Assembly: GCA_963745075.1 (NCBI GenBank)
Contig: CAVUWV010000028.1
Location: 32,001 to 96,000 of the forward strand
DNA length: 64,000 nucleotides
From: Candidatus Hydrogenedentota bacterium
Lineage (GTDB): Bacteria > Hydrogenedentota > Hydrogenedentia > Hydrogenedentales > SLHB01
Direction: 5' to 3'
Below are positions 9,009 through 19,656 of this stretch, in pieces. Both the position numbers and the translations under genes were made by a program. Numbering within the stretch: the stretch's first letter is position 1; every line of letters starts with the position of its first letter. The notes beneath the pieces are model-generated. The model was not told the DNA's origin and searched no databases. It saw only the letters and a program-made list of their open reading frames with translations.

Positions 9009-11845
9009 GCCTCGACTCCGAGTTGGTTTGCACACACTTGGCAAATACCGGGGTGATCGGTCACCGTTCCCACGGATTCACGGACGTGCCAGCAACGCAC
9101 ACACTTTTCGCCCGGTGCTTGCGTGACTTCCGCACGCAGGGGCACGCCCTCTGTTTCCGTAGATTCTTTGACGCCTTGCAGTATGGTCTTGGAAACGATA
9201 AAAATGTCGTCGAGCTGGGCCTCATACTTGGTCAGGACCGAGGCAACAGCTTCGGTTCCAGGTACTAACGTAACCGCGGCCTGGAGGGATGACCGGATCT
9301 GGTTGGCCCTCCGAGCCTCCTCAAGCTCCTTGGAAACAACGCCGCGCACCCGTAGAATTTCGTCCCATTCCTGGGCTTGGGCTTCCGGCAGAATCCACTC
9401 TTCCCTGACGGGCTTAAACTGTTCCAAATGAACCGCTTCCGACACCCGGAGGTGTTCCGGAAGGAACTGCCAGGCCTCGTCCGTCGTGTAGGTCAGCACG
9501 GGCGCCATCAGCGTCAACAGATCGGTCAACACCTCGGCCAGTACCGTCTGGGCCGCGCGGCGTTCCCGCGAGTCGGTTGCAAATGTATACAGTCTGTCTT
9601 TCAAAACGTCAAGGTAAAAAGCACTCATGTCCACCGCACAGAAATTGTGAGCGGCGTGGTAGACCACGTGAAACTCATAGTCTTCGTAGGCCTTAAGTAC
9701 GCGTTTCTTAAGAAGTTGCAGGCGGTGCAAGGCCCAGCGATCGATGTCCAGCAGGTCCTCGTAGGCCACCGCGTTTTCGGCCTTGAAATCGAAGAGATTG
9801 CCGAGCATGTGGCGGAAGGTGTTGCGGAACCGGCGGTAGCTGTCCTGCAACCGAGTGAGGATTTCGTCGGAGATGCGGATGTCCTGCCGGTAGTTTTCGC
9901 TGGTCACCCAGAGGCGCACGATGTCAGCGCCGTACTTGGACAACAAGTCGGGGAGACCGACGTAGTTGCCGAGACGCTTGGACATGGCCTTGCCTTCGCC
10001 GTCCACGACGTAGCCGTGAGTCAGCACGGATTTGTAGGGTGGCGATCCTTTGGCGGCGATTGACGGGATCAGCGAGGACTGGAACCAGCCGCGATGCTGG
10101 TCGCTGCCTTCGAGGTACATGTCGGCGGGCCATTGCAGGTCCGGCCAGACTTCGCAGACGGCGCGGCTGCTGGTACCGGAGTCGAACCAAACGTCGAGGA
10201 TATCCGTCTCGTGGACGAATTCGGTCTCGCCGGATTCGGCGCACTTGGCGCCGTCGGGCACAAGTTCCGATGCGGGGGTGTCGAACCAGCGGTCGATGCC
10301 ATCGGCGGCGGACAACGCGAGCTGCTCGATCTTCTTGAAGCTCGCGGCGTTCGCAAACACCTCGCCGCTTTCTTTGCCGTAAAAGACCGGGATGGGCACG
10401 CCCCACGCGCGCTGCCGGCTGATGCACCAGTCAGGGCGTTGCTGGATCATGCCATAGATGCGCTCTTTCCCCCACTCCGGAATCCATCGAACCTGGTCGA
10501 CGGCTTTCAACGCTTTTTCGCGAAGACCATCGTGGTCCATATTGATGAACCATTGCGGCGTGGACCGGAAGATGATGGGGCCGCTGCAACGCCAGCAGTG
10601 CGGATAGCTGTGCTCGTACGGACTCGTCGACAGCAACACACCGGAGGCTTCGAGGTCTTCGACGATCTTCTTGTTGGCGTGAAAGACCTGGAGCCCTTCA
10701 TACGGGCCGGCCTCAGCGGTGAACACGCCGCTGTCGTCCACGGGCGACAAGGGGGCGATGCCGTATTCCATCCCGACGACGTAGTCTTCCTGGCCGTGGC
10801 CGGGAGCGGTATGAACGCACCCCGTACCGGCGTCAAGCGTGACGTGCAAGCCGAGGATGATCGGGCAAATGCGATCCGGGAACATGATGTGTTGATAGGT
10901 CAGCCCCTCGAGGTCGGCGCCTTTGAACTGAGGGCCTTTCTCATACTCCGTGATGCCGCTGGCTTCCAAAGCGGCCGGACCGAGGTAACTGGCCATGATG
11001 AGCCATTCGCCGCCGACCTTGTAGGCCGCGTACTCGTAATCGGGATGGACCGTGATCGCGAGGTTCGCCGGAAGGGTCCACGGGGTGGTCGTCCAAATGA
11101 CGAAGTGAGCGGGACCGTCGAGACCCGGGACTTTCTTGTCCGCTTTGAACTTCACGTAGATGGACGGCGAGGTGCGGTCGGCGTACTCGACCTCGGCTTC
11201 GGCGAGGGCCGTCTCGCAGGACGGGCACCAGTAGATCGGCTTCAGTCCGCGATAGATGGCGCCGGTCTGATAGATGTCGCCGAAGTTGCGGATGATGGTG
11301 GCGACGTAATTGGGGCTCAGCGTGAGGTAAGGGTTGTCCCATTCGCCGGTGACGCCGAGGCGCTTAAAATCCTTGCGGTGGATGTCGACGTACTTCAGGG
11401 CGAACTCACGGCAACGTCGGCGGATCTCGACCTGGGTCATGGCCTTGGCCGCGTCGCCGAGTTCGGTGGTGACCTTGTGTTCGATGGGCAGCCCATGGCA
11501 GTCCCACCCGGGGACATACGGCGCATCGAAACCCGGCCATCTGCTTGGACTTGACGACAAGGTCTTTAGAACCTTGTTCAGCGCGTGACCGGAGTGAAGT
11601 TCGCCGTTGGCGTAAGGCGGGCCGTCGTGGAGGACGAATTTGGTCCGGCCCTTGGCGACCTCCCGCATCTTGCCGTACAAGTCCATGTCGTCCCAGCGCT
11701 TAAGCATCTCGGGCTCGCGCTGGGTGAGATTCGCCCGCATGGGGAATTCGGTAATGGGCAGGTTGACGGTGCCTTTGTAGTCCTTCTCGGACGTGGCGGC
11801 CCCGGCCTTTGCCGTATCTTTTTTCGTTTTCGTCGTATCGGACAC
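9005..11845 (-). CDS. ileS: Isoleucine--tRNA ligase (type 1); two compensating indels at ~11533-11568
   Basis: HDGPPYANG, HSGH (HIGH-like), GWDCHGLPIE, WTTTPWT, AMSKR (KMSKS-like) and a C-terminal CxxC zinc finger. Confidence 0.97.
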   Translation of the reverse strand: MSDTTKTKKDTAKAGAATSEKDYKGTVNLPITEFPMRANLTQREPEMLKRWDDMDLYGKMREVAKGRTKFVLHDGPPYANGELHSGHALNKVLKTLSSSPSRWPGFDAPYVPGWDCHGLPIEHKVTTELGDAAKAMTQVEIRRRCREFALKYVDIHRKDFKRLGVTGEWDNPYLTLSPNYVATIIRNFGDIYQTGAIYRGLKPIYWCPSCETALAEAEVEYADRTSPSIYVKFKADKKVPGLDGPAHFVIWTTTPWTLPANLAITVHPDYEYAAYKVGGEWLIMASYLGPAALEASGITEYEKGPQFKGADLEGLTYQHIMFPDRICPIILGLHVTLDAGTGCVHTAPGHGQEDYVVGMEYGIAPLSPVDDSGVFTAEAGPYEGLQVFHANKKIVEDLEASGVLLSTSPYEHSYPHCWRCSGPIIFRSTPQWFINMDHDGLREKALKAVDQVRWIPEWGKERIYGMIQQRPDWCISRQRAWGVPIPVFYGKESGEVFANAASFKKIEQLALSAADGIDRWFDTPASELVPDGAKCAESGETEFVHETDILDVWFDSGTSSRAVCEVWPDLQWPADMYLEGSDQHRGWFQSSLIPSIAAKGSPPYKSVLTHGYVVDGEGKAMSKRLGNYVGLPDLLSKYGADIVRLWVTSENYRQDIRISDEILTRLQDSYRRFRNTFRHMLGNLFDFKAENAVAYEDLLDIDRWALHRLQLLKKRVLKAYEDYEFHVVYHAAHNFCAVDMSAFYLDVLKDRLYTFATDSRERRAAQTVLAEVLTDLLTLMAPVLTYTTDEAWQFLPEHLRVSEAVHLEQFKPVREEWILPEAQAQEWDEILRVRGVVSKELEEARRANQIRSSLQAAVTLVPGTEAVASVLTKYEAQLDDIFIVSKTILQGVKESTETEGVPLRAEVTQAPGEKCVRCWHVRESVGTVTDHPGICQVCANQLGVEA

Positions 11846-12034
11846 GATAACCTACTCCAATCGAATGCGGGACAATATCATAGAGGTTCCGCGAAGTTCA
11901 AGACTTGGTCGTCACTATTCGCAGTATTCTGAGCCGTTTTGGCCGTGTACACGAGCCGGTGACCGGGCTTGTTATACCCGTGGCGATGCGTAGTCTGTGA
12001 GAAGGAGCGTTGCGAGTTTTCAGGAGAGAGCGCC

Positions 12035-12118
12035 CTGGGGCACGGGCGTCTCGCCCGTGGGCTTGAGATTTGCCTGGCGTTCATTTCAATCCCCACGGGC
12101 GAGACGCCCGTGCCCCAG
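12035..12118. repeat. REP doublet (REPIN-like) with 27-bp perfect inverted arms
   Basis: CTGGGGCACGGGCGTCTCGCCCGTGGG (12035-12061) and its exact reverse complement (12092-12118). Each arm is itself a hairpin. Confidence 0.85.
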
Positions 12119-12212
12119 TGAACACCCTTGAATGCATTCACTCATTCTTCGTTGGTAGGATTCGCGAACGGGGTGTACCATTCTGACCGCGTCAACAACG
12201 AGGTGCCCACTC

Positions 12213-12476
12213 ATGATCATCGACAAATCCGGTCGTCCTTATGTGACGATCTACGAATGCTGGAGCGATCACGAAGCGGACGTCATCGTCTCGTGTCTCG
12301 GCGCCCACGATATCGTCGCGCGGACGAATTCCGAACTCCCCCACTCGGTGTTTCCGCTCGCCGTGGATGGCCTCGGCAAGGTCGAAATCCTCGTCGCTGA
12401 GGACGATGTTAAGGAGGCGACGTTTATTGTAAGGGAACGGGCGAACCATGGGGGTGGTGCTGAAGAAGAAGCGTAA
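12213..12476 (+). CDS. Small DUF2007-like (putative signal-transducing) protein
   Basis: 87 aa with an EADVIVSCL..HDI / GLGKVEILV.EDDV.EA pattern; GAGG RBS. Confidence 0.7.
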   Translation: MIIDKSGRPYVTIYECWSDHEADVIVSCLGAHDIVARTNSELPHSVFPLAVDGLGKVEILVAEDDVKEATFIVRERANHGGGAEEEA

Positions 12477-12567
12477 GACGACAGCCACGCCATGGCGTGG
12501 CTGTCGTCTTTCGCGGAGGCAGGGTGACGATCGTTCGAGCTTGACCGAATTTTCAGGAGTTTTTCGC

Positions 12568-14397
12568 ATGCGTGGTGTTGCAGGATTCTTGCTGCTGGCT
12601 GTGTCGCTTGTTGCGTATGCCGGTGATGACACAATGTCGTCGTCGGCTTTGTTCTACGTATCCCCTTCCGGCGACGACGCGACTGCGGGGACGGCGGAGG
12701 CGCCGTTTCAGTCTCTGTCTCGCGCGCGGGAGGCGATGCGGGCGTTGCCGCGGGAGAAAGGGCGGGTGAAGGGGCGGCGCGTAGTGATCGAGCTGGCGGA
12801 TGGGGTGTATCGGTTGACTGAACCGTTGGTGTTTACGAGCCGGGATTCGGGCGGGGCGAAGGTGCCGGTGACGTATCGGGCGGCGGACGGAGCGCATCCG
12901 GTGGTGAGCGGGGGCGTGATGGTGACGGGCTGGGAGCCGGATGAAAACGGGCGTTGGAAGGCGCAGACGGATATCGCGGAGTGCCGGCAGTTTTATGTGA
13001 ACGGCGTCCGGGCGCAACGGGCGCGGGGACCGTTTCCAGAGGGGGCGGAGCGGTTTGCGGCGTTGAAGGCGATTGACGAGGTGGCCGGGTTTCGCATGGC
13101 GGACGCGTCGTTGGCGGAGTGGCAACGGCCGGGCGATCTGGAACTGGGGTTCTTCAATTCGTGGAGCCACATGATCGGGCGGGTGGCGTCCGTCCAACGG
13201 GACGAGGACGGCGTGGTGCAAGTCATCATGCAGCAGCCGAGTTTCTACCTGCTCTGCCGCAAGGAAGGGGTGAAGGCCGAGTATCCCGCATACATGGAGA
13301 ACGCTCGGGAACTGTTGGACGAACCGGGAGAGTGGTATCACGACCGGGCCACCGGCGTGCTGTATTACCTTCCGCGCGAGGGTGAGGATCTCGCGTCCGC
13401 GGAGTGTGTGGTGACGGTGTTGGAGACGCTGGTGCAACTGCGCGGCACCGCGAAGCGTCCGGTGCGGAACATCCGGTTTGAAGGGATTACCTTCGCAGAT
13501 GCCACGTGGCTGGGACCTAACCGGATCGGGCACGCGGACGTGCAGGCAAATTTTTCATTTGCGCCAAGCAATGTTTTTGAACGAGATGAATCCATTGTGA
13601 ATCTCCACAACGAGTATGTGAAGAGTCCGGGCAACGTGGTGGTCGAATACGGGCATGGCATCGTGTTCGAGGGTTGCACCTTTACCCGGTTGGGCGGCGC
13701 GGGTTTGGATCTCGGGCGCGGGTCGCAGGAGTGCGTGGTGTCGAAGTGCACGTTTCGCGACATCTCGGGGAACGGCATTCAGATCGGGGACGTGCAGAAG
13801 GAGGACCATCATCCCAGCGATCCCGCGAACATCGTGCGCGGGAATCGCGTCGCGGATTGTCTGATTGAAAACGTAGGCGCGGAGTATGAGGACAGCGTGG
13901 GGATCTTCGCGGGGTACGTGCAGGAGACGGCGATCGAACACAACGAGATCCGGGATCTCCCCTACTCCGGCGTTTCGATCGGTTGGGGCTGGGGCGAGGA
14001 AGACAGCGGCGGCGGGAATTATCCGATTCCCTTCGTGTACGAACAGCCGACGCCCGCGCGGGACAACCGGATCGCGGGCAATCATATCTATCACGTGATG
14101 CAGCGGCGCAATGACGGCGGCGGGATTTATACATTGGGGAACCAGCCGGGCACGGTCATCAGCGGGAATTACATCCACGACAATCCGGGTGCGCCGGGCG
14201 GTATCTATCTCGACGAAGGGAGCGGGTTCATTGAAGTCACGGGGAACGTGGTGCACGGGGTGAAGACGCCGATGAATTACAACAACCGCGCGCAGAACCG
14301 GATCGAAACGTGCAATGAGCATGACAATCATTTCGGCGTCGCGCCGGGGGACGCGGGGTACCCGAAGGAGATCGCGGAGGCCGCGGGGCCGCGGTGA
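12568..14397 (+). CDS. Secreted right-handed parallel beta-helix protein (GH141-like/pectin-lyase fold)
   Basis: Signal peptide MRGVAGFLLLAVSLVAYA, YVSPSGDD..GTAEAPF, ELLDEPGEWY, LPYSGVSIGWGW, DGGGIYTLG and GIYLDEGS; AGGAG RBS. Confidence 0.85.
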   Translation: MRGVAGFLLLAVSLVAYAGDDTMSSSALFYVSPSGDDATAGTAEAPFQSLSRAREAMRALPREKGRVKGRRVVIELADGVYRLTEPLVFTSRDSGGAKVPVTYRAADGAHPVVSGGVMVTGWEPDENGRWKAQTDIAECRQFYVNGVRAQRARGPFPEGAERFAALKAIDEVAGFRMADASLAEWQRPGDLELGFFNSWSHMIGRVASVQRDEDGVVQVIMQQPSFYLLCRKEGVKAEYPAYMENARELLDEPGEWYHDRATGVLYYLPREGEDLASAECVVTVLETLVQLRGTAKRPVRNIRFEGITFADATWLGPNRIGHADVQANFSFAPSNVFERDESIVNLHNEYVKSPGNVVVEYGHGIVFEGCTFTRLGGAGLDLGRGSQECVVSKCTFRDISGNGIQIGDVQKEDHHPSDPANIVRGNRVADCLIENVGAEYEDSVGIFAGYVQETAIEHNEIRDLPYSGVSIGWGWGEEDSGGGNYPIPFVYEQPTPARDNRIAGNHIYHVMQRRNDGGGIYTLGNQPGTVISGNYIHDNPGAPGGIYLDEGSGFIEVTGNVVHGVKTPMNYNNRAQNRIETCNEHDNHFGVAPGDAGYPKEIAEAAGPR

Positions 14398-14410
14398 ATT
14401 GGAGTGGGCC

Positions 14411-14637
14411 TTATAGAAGGTTGTGGAATTCGTCCCGCGTGAGTTCGACATCGCGAAGGATACTCGCCAACAGACCTGGCCCGATGGTTTCGCCCGCATG
14501 AACCGGAACCGTCGTTACACGACCGTCGGCGTGCCGAAGACGATGATAGCTCCCCCGTGTTCGGCTTCGACTTCGAAGCCAGCTTTTCGTAGTGCGGTGA
14601 TGACTTCCCTACCGGTTAGTATGGGAAGGGGACTCAT
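14411..14637 (-). pseudogene. hicA: HicA-family toxin, frameshifted and with the GSH motif changed to GSY
   Basis: MSPLPILTGREVITALRKAGFEV | frameshift | SRTRGSYHRLRHADGRVTTVPVHAGETIGPGLLASILRDVELTRDEFHNLL*. Its ATG overlaps the hicB stop. Confidence 0.8.
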
Positions 14638-14843
14638 GGGGAGACGGTGATTCGCTGGACGCCGACGAATTCGAGCGATTCGACTTCCTCCCCCGCATCC
14701 TCAAGACAGAGTTCGGCGGCCTCGCGTATCCGCATCATGACCTCGTCCAGCGATTTCGCCTGCGTATGGCATACACGGAGGGCCGGCACAGTTGCCACGT
14801 AATACCCGTCTGCGTCCTGTTCGATAATCACGCTAAATTCCAT
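14634..14843 (-). CDS. hicB: HicB-family antitoxin (short form without a DNA-binding domain)
   Basis: FSVIIEQDADGYYVATVPAL..CHTQAKSLDEVMMRIREAAELCLE; AAGGAGG RBS. Confidence 0.9.
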   Translation of the reverse strand: MEFSVIIEQDADGYYVATVPALRVCHTQAKSLDEVMMRIREAAELCLEDAGEEVESLEFVGVQRITVSP

Positions 14844-14980
14844 GGAAGTAGGCCCTCCTTACACCGGGATTGTACGCGCTCCGGGACGAGACAGACAACT
14901 AAATTACAGTGACACCCAGGACACTTGACGTCGTTCACCCTTTCGTGCCGCTAACTTATGGGGTCCGAAAGAGCCACGCT

Positions 14981-15003
14981 ATCCCCGCTTTCGCAAGGAT
15001 GAC
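14981..15003. repeat. Degenerate dRS3/CGTC-type REP
   Basis: ATCCCCGCTTTCGCAAGGATGAC resembles ATTCCCGCTTTCGCGGGAATGAC-type palindromes. Confidence 0.45.
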
Positions 15004-15096
15004 CAACGTGGCGGTCCCAGTGGGGGAAATCCGACAAGAGTCTTGCCCCCTCCCCTTCATCCGTGGAAGAATGCGGCGGTTGGTTAACCGGGGACG

Positions 15097-15732
15097 ATGG
15101 CGTTGGATGGAATTGGAGATACTGGGGTGGACATCGAGATACGTGAATACCGGCCGGAGGATGAAGCGGAGTGGATGCGGGTGCATGCCATTATCCTCAG
15201 CATTTCGCATGCGTGGAATTATTCGATTCAGGAGCGGCCGGACTATGAAGGGTTTCGGTCGACGCGGCTGGTGGCGGTGCATGAGGGGAAGATCGTCGGA
15301 CTCACGGACACGCAGTATGAGAATGAGGCGGGCGAGTTCTGTTTCATGAAGGACAGCCCGGGCGGGTACGTGCTGGAGTTCGGACGGTTGCCGGAGTACA
15401 CCGGGCATCGCATCGGGCAGTTGCTCATCGACGCGACGGTGGAGGATGCGAAGAAGAAGGGGTTTAAGCGGCTGGAGTATTGGACGCAGGATCGGAAAGC
15501 GCAACGGTACTATCAGCGGGTTGGGATGAAGGAGATCGGGCGTCACTACCGATTCCGTATGCGGGCGCCGGAGGACGTGAAGGACGCGGTCGGCCGGAAT
15601 TACATCGGGATCGAGTACCTGTATTGCGCGTGTCTGCCGGAAGAGTGGCCGCTGGTGAAGGAGAAGTACGACATCGTGACGAAGCATCCGCTGGAACCGC
15701 ATTTGTGTATCGGTTATGAGATCCGGTTTTGA
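15097..15732 (+). CDS. GNAT-family N-acetyltransferase
   Basis: PEYTGHRIGQLL acetyl-CoA motif and AQRYYQRVG. An alternative GTG start is at 15127. Confidence 0.85.
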   Translation: MALDGIGDTGVDIEIREYRPEDEAEWMRVHAIILSISHAWNYSIQERPDYEGFRSTRLVAVHEGKIVGLTDTQYENEAGEFCFMKDSPGGYVLEFGRLPEYTGHRIGQLLIDATVEDAKKKGFKRLEYWTQDRKAQRYYQRVGMKEIGRHYRFRMRAPEDVKDAVGRNYIGIEYLYCACLPEEWPLVKEKYDIVTKHPLEPHLCIGYEIRF

Positions 15733-15754
15733 AGACGGTTGGAGACTCCACGGC

Positions 15755-15974
15755 AAGAACATCCCCCTTGATCCCCCTTCAAAGGGGGAGTGGTACGAAG
15801 TTCCGACAAGGAGCACATAGGTAACAGTTTAGACCGGACACGTTGGGTAACGCTTCTTGCGGTAGGACGCCAGTTGCCTGAGCTGAGTATTATCCATATC
15901 ATCGTCACCGAGGACGCAACGCAAAGCGTTGCGACTGACTCCCCCTTTGAAGGGGGATCAAGGGGGATGTTCTT
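15755..15974. repeat. C5/G5-run inverted-repeat element, copy 1
   Basis: 37-bp perfect inverted arms AAGAACATCCCCCTTGATCCCCCTTCAAAGGGGGAGT (15755-15791 / 15938-15974). Confidence 0.9.
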
Positions 15975-15994
15975 TCCTCCAGCCTCTGTACTCC

Positions 15995-18028
15995 CTATCC
16001 ATTCGCCGGGATCACCGGGAGTTCCACGTAGGACGCGTGGTCGCCGTCGCGATGGAATTTCACGGTGGGAATACGGTTGTCGTCGGCGTTCGGGTCATTC
16101 TTCGGGCTGATGGCCGGATTCAGGGGGAAGGTGGGATAGTCCGCACAGGCGATGGTCACGCGGAGTTGGTGCCCTTTCTGGAAGACCCATGACGTTCGGG
16201 AAGTAATCGATAACGAGTTCAACCACCGCGTCGTTCGCGAATACCTCAGGATTCCAGTCGTTCTTTTCAAATCCGTGCCAGGGCAGTTCCGGTTTTACGT
16301 CGATGCCCTTGGTTCCGGCCAGAATCATCTTGTCGTTGTTGCGCAATACGGCGAATCCGGCGCGCAATTGGCCTTCCGTGACGAGCAGGGCCTCGCCGTT
16401 TTCGTCCACGTCTTCGAGGTACACGAAGAAATCGCCGTCCGGCGCGGTGGACGATACGAAAAGATGCAGGATGGGGTGTCCCGTGATCTCCGTATCCGCT
16501 TCGTAAGGACACCGTCGTGTAGGACACGCATTGCTTGTCTTTCTCGGTGCGGATGGGTGGCGCATCGGGCCACTGCACTCCAATGCCGAGCCAGCGATTA
16601 CCTTCGGTTTCGGTGTAGGTCGAGCTGTGGGTCAGATCGGGGACGTATTCATCGGCGGCCGCGGCGGGGACCCGCTCGGCGAGACCGTGATCCGGCTGGA
16701 AGTACTGCTTGGTGAGGACCTGCCGCGCGAGGGGCCATTCCTTCTCCATGCGCCAGCCTCCGCCGTGCATGACGTAGATGCAGACGGGTGGTTCGGTGTC
16801 GATGCCGTTGTCGATGCCTTTGAGGTAGTGGTCGAAGAAGCGCAGGTGTTCGCGCCAGTAACGGATCGGCACCGTGCTCACGTCCTCGCCGAAGTATTTC
16901 CAGAACGGCCCCTGTTCGGGTTCGTGATAGGCGGGGGTGATCAGAAGTTTGGACGGATTCGCCTTTGCCATGGTGCAATAGAGTTCGAAAGTGCCGCGCG
17001 TGAACCCGTCGAACCACGCGCCAATGTCGTAGATGGGAATACCGGAAGCCATGACACCGGGCACATGCCCGCTGGGACTCATATCGTAGAGGTTTAGATC
17101 GAGCGGCGCGGGTCCGTCGATGAACCGGATCTCTGGAGGCCCATTCGTTGTAGTCGTAGTTCCGGAGATGGTCGCGGGTGGCGTTAAAGTAGAGTCCATT
17201 CCGTTTTGCGCCGTCCGCATAGACCGGCGCACCATCGAGAAACGATCCGGTGTTCGGATCGTACTCCGGAATTTCGTCCGCCCATTCGCCGTCACCGTCT
17301 TCATCGGCGGCGGGCTTGGTGGGCCGGGCGCCTCCGTCCGGGAAGTAGCAGTTGTGGGTGATGACGCCCATGTATTCGGAGAACCCTTGCATGAATCCCT
17401 GAAGGTAAATGCCCCCGGGATAGACTTCCCCCGAGAACCCATCCAGGGGAATGGCGGTTGGCATGATGCATTTCAGGGCCTTGGGCTTGAACGTGGCGGT
17501 GGCGGTTTGCGACCAGCCGAGATAGGAGGCGCCTTTCATGCCGACCTTGCCGTTGCACCAGGGTTGCTCGGCAATCCAATCGATCAACTCTTTCCCATCT
17601 TCACCAAGGCGCGGCATGAAATCTACGACCCAGCCGGAGGATGCACCGGTGCCGCGCATGTCGGCACGCACGAAAACGTAGCCGTGCGACACGAAGAGAT
17701 TGCAGTCCGCGGCATTACGTTCGTCTCGGATCTGGCCGGTAGCGGGATCGATGCGCGAACGCTGATACGGGGTGTATTCGAGGATGACGGGGAACGCGTC
17801 GCGCGCGGGTCCGTCCTTGGGCAGATACATGTCCACGGCGAGTTGAACGCCGTCGGACATGGGCACGTAGGTGGAGCGTACATCGACGCCCGTGTACTCC
17901 GGTTCCGTGTAGCCCGAGTACGCGAATGGTTTGCTGACGCGTGGTGCGCCGTCGGCGCAGGCCGAGAGCGCGATGGCAACGGTCAGTACGAAGGCCGCGG
18001 CGCAACGAGATGCCGAGTTCGATTGCAT
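15995..18028 (-). CDS. CocE/NonD-family hydrolase, probable lipoprotein; three apparent indels (~17135, ~16510, ~16195)
   Basis: LSAC lipobox, VPMSDGVQLAVD, TPY, DMRGTGASSG, catalytic GASYLG and a C-terminal PepX_C-like part (EITGHP..., WVFQKGHQLRVTI) in successive frames. Confidence 0.85.
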
Positions 18029-18032
18029 GGTT

Positions 18033-19100
18033 CTACTCCCCCATCTTTACGCCGTAACGTTCCATAAATGCCGGGACATCGATCGGCTGCCCGGTGTGGG
18101 CGGACTCGATCGCGGCGAATAAGAGTCCTACGCAATGAATGTTGTCGTCGAGATGGTTTGGCGGCGGGTCTCCCCCGTTCAACCAATGACAAAACATTTC
18201 CGCGAGCCATGGATTCTTCCAGGCGGGCTGCTGCAGGAGCGCCAAGTCTTCGCAGGTCGGCTCTTCCCACGGGCCGCCGCTATAGACGCGCAGTTTCCGG
18301 CGATCCAACTCGAGGGTGCCGTCGCAGCATTCGGCGCGGATGTAGTCGTTTTCCCATCCGTTCAGGGTGCTCGCGTTGGCCTTGGCGCCTTCGTAGAAGC
18401 ACTTCACGCCGTTATCCATCTCGATAGTGATGAGGGCTGTGGAATCGCCCGCGAACTCGCCCCAGGGCGGATTCCAGGTGACCGCATAGACGGTCTTTGC
18501 GTTGGACCCCGCGAGCGCTCGGTGACAATCAAAGTGATGAACGGTGCCGTCCACGAGGAGGGCATCTGGAATCGTATGGCGAAACTCGCCCCAACTTCCG
18601 AATTTGCGGCAATTGTGTGTAAAGCGATGGACGATGTAGTTGAGGTCACCGTATGCGCCGCTCTTCACCGCGAGTTCGAGCGATTGTTTATCCTGGTCGA
18701 AACGATGGCTCATGGTCACGGCCATTTTGACGCCGGCGGCTTTGACGTTGCGATAGATCCGCGAACAAGCGTCCATGGTGTCGGCGATGGGTTTTTCGCT
18801 GAGAATGTGGCAGTCGTGGGCGAGGGCGATATCGACAATGGGTTCGTGCATGGCGGGCGGCACCACGATAATGACGAAGTCAGGCCGGGTCTCCGCCACG
18901 GCCTTGGCTGCGTCGTTGTAGAGTTGCACGTCCGTGAGCCCCAGATCGGCTTTGGCCGAGGACAGGACTTCGGGGTTGACGTCGACGGCCGCGGCGGCTT
19001 CGGCGAGTCCCAACTCCTTGAGCCGGGGCAAGACCTCTTCGCGCCAGTGGCCCCCCCAGCCGCCGACGCCGACCAGCACGTAGCGTAACGGGCTGCTCAT
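18033..19100 (-). CDS. Gfo/Idh/MocA-family oxidoreductase
   Basis: VGVGGWG, HILSEKPIA and DGTVHHFD. Confidence 0.9.
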   Translation of the reverse strand: MSSPLRYVLVGVGGWGGHWREEVLPRLKELGLAEAAAAVDVNPEVLSSAKADLGLTDVQLYNDAAKAVAETRPDFVIIVVPPAMHEPIVDIALAHDCHILSEKPIADTMDACSRIYRNVKAAGVKMAVTMSHRFDQDKQSLELAVKSGAYGDLNYIVHRFTHNCRKFGSWGEFRHTIPDALLVDGTVHHFDCHRALAGSNAKTVYAVTWNPPWGEFAGDSTALITIEMDNGVKCFYEGAKANASTLNGWENDYIRAECCDGTLELDRRKLRVYSGGPWEEPTCEDLALLQQPAWKNPWLAEMFCHWLNGGDPPPNHLDDNIHCVGLLFAAIESAHTGQPIDVPAFMERYGVKMGE

Positions 19101-19489
19101 ACCGGGAAATCCGCGGGCACGGGTTTGTGCGGAACGGGATGCCCTTTCGCCTTTTCCGCATCGCGATGAAGGTGTCCGACCCGTCCGCCCTCCGGCGTGG
19201 CATCTTCAAACCAGAATCCGGCGAGGTCTTCGTACACCTCGACGACGTTGTGCTCGTCACCCGCCTTGGTGCAGACAATATCGCCCGGTTTCACGTAGTG
19301 GGCCTGGCCCTCCGTCATGACCTTGGCCTTGCCTTCGAAGATGAGCCAGTATTCGTGACAGTCGTGGAAGTGGCAGTCGAAGGTTCCCCCGTCCGCAGAA
19401 ATGCGAAACACTCCCGCGCTGGTGACGGTCGACCACGCGGGCCGGTTTTCCCCTTCCATCGCGTAATCGCTGGTGCGAATGACAGGCAT
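19097..19489 (-). CDS. Cupin-domain protein
   Basis: CHFHDCHEYWLIFEG ... PGDIVCTKAGDEH; AAGGAGG RBS before the ATG at 19489. Confidence 0.85.
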   Translation of the reverse strand: MPVIRTSDYAMEGENRPAWSTVTSAGVFRISADGGTFDCHFHDCHEYWLIFEGKAKVMTEGQAHYVKPGDIVCTKAGDEHNVVEVYEDLAGFWFEDATPEGGRVGHLHRDAEKAKGHPVPHKPVPADFPV

Positions 19490-19656
19490 GTGTGGGGCCT
19501 CCTTGGTTTGGTAAACGCTCGGTTGGCAGTATACCGTGGAGGCGGGTGGTGTGGCTATGGGAATGGGACCTATCAAGCGGGTACTCGTACCCGAGAGCGG
19601 CTTGTCGTCTTTTCCAGTGCAGTTCTATCTACAGTCGAAATTGGGGCAGCAAAGCT

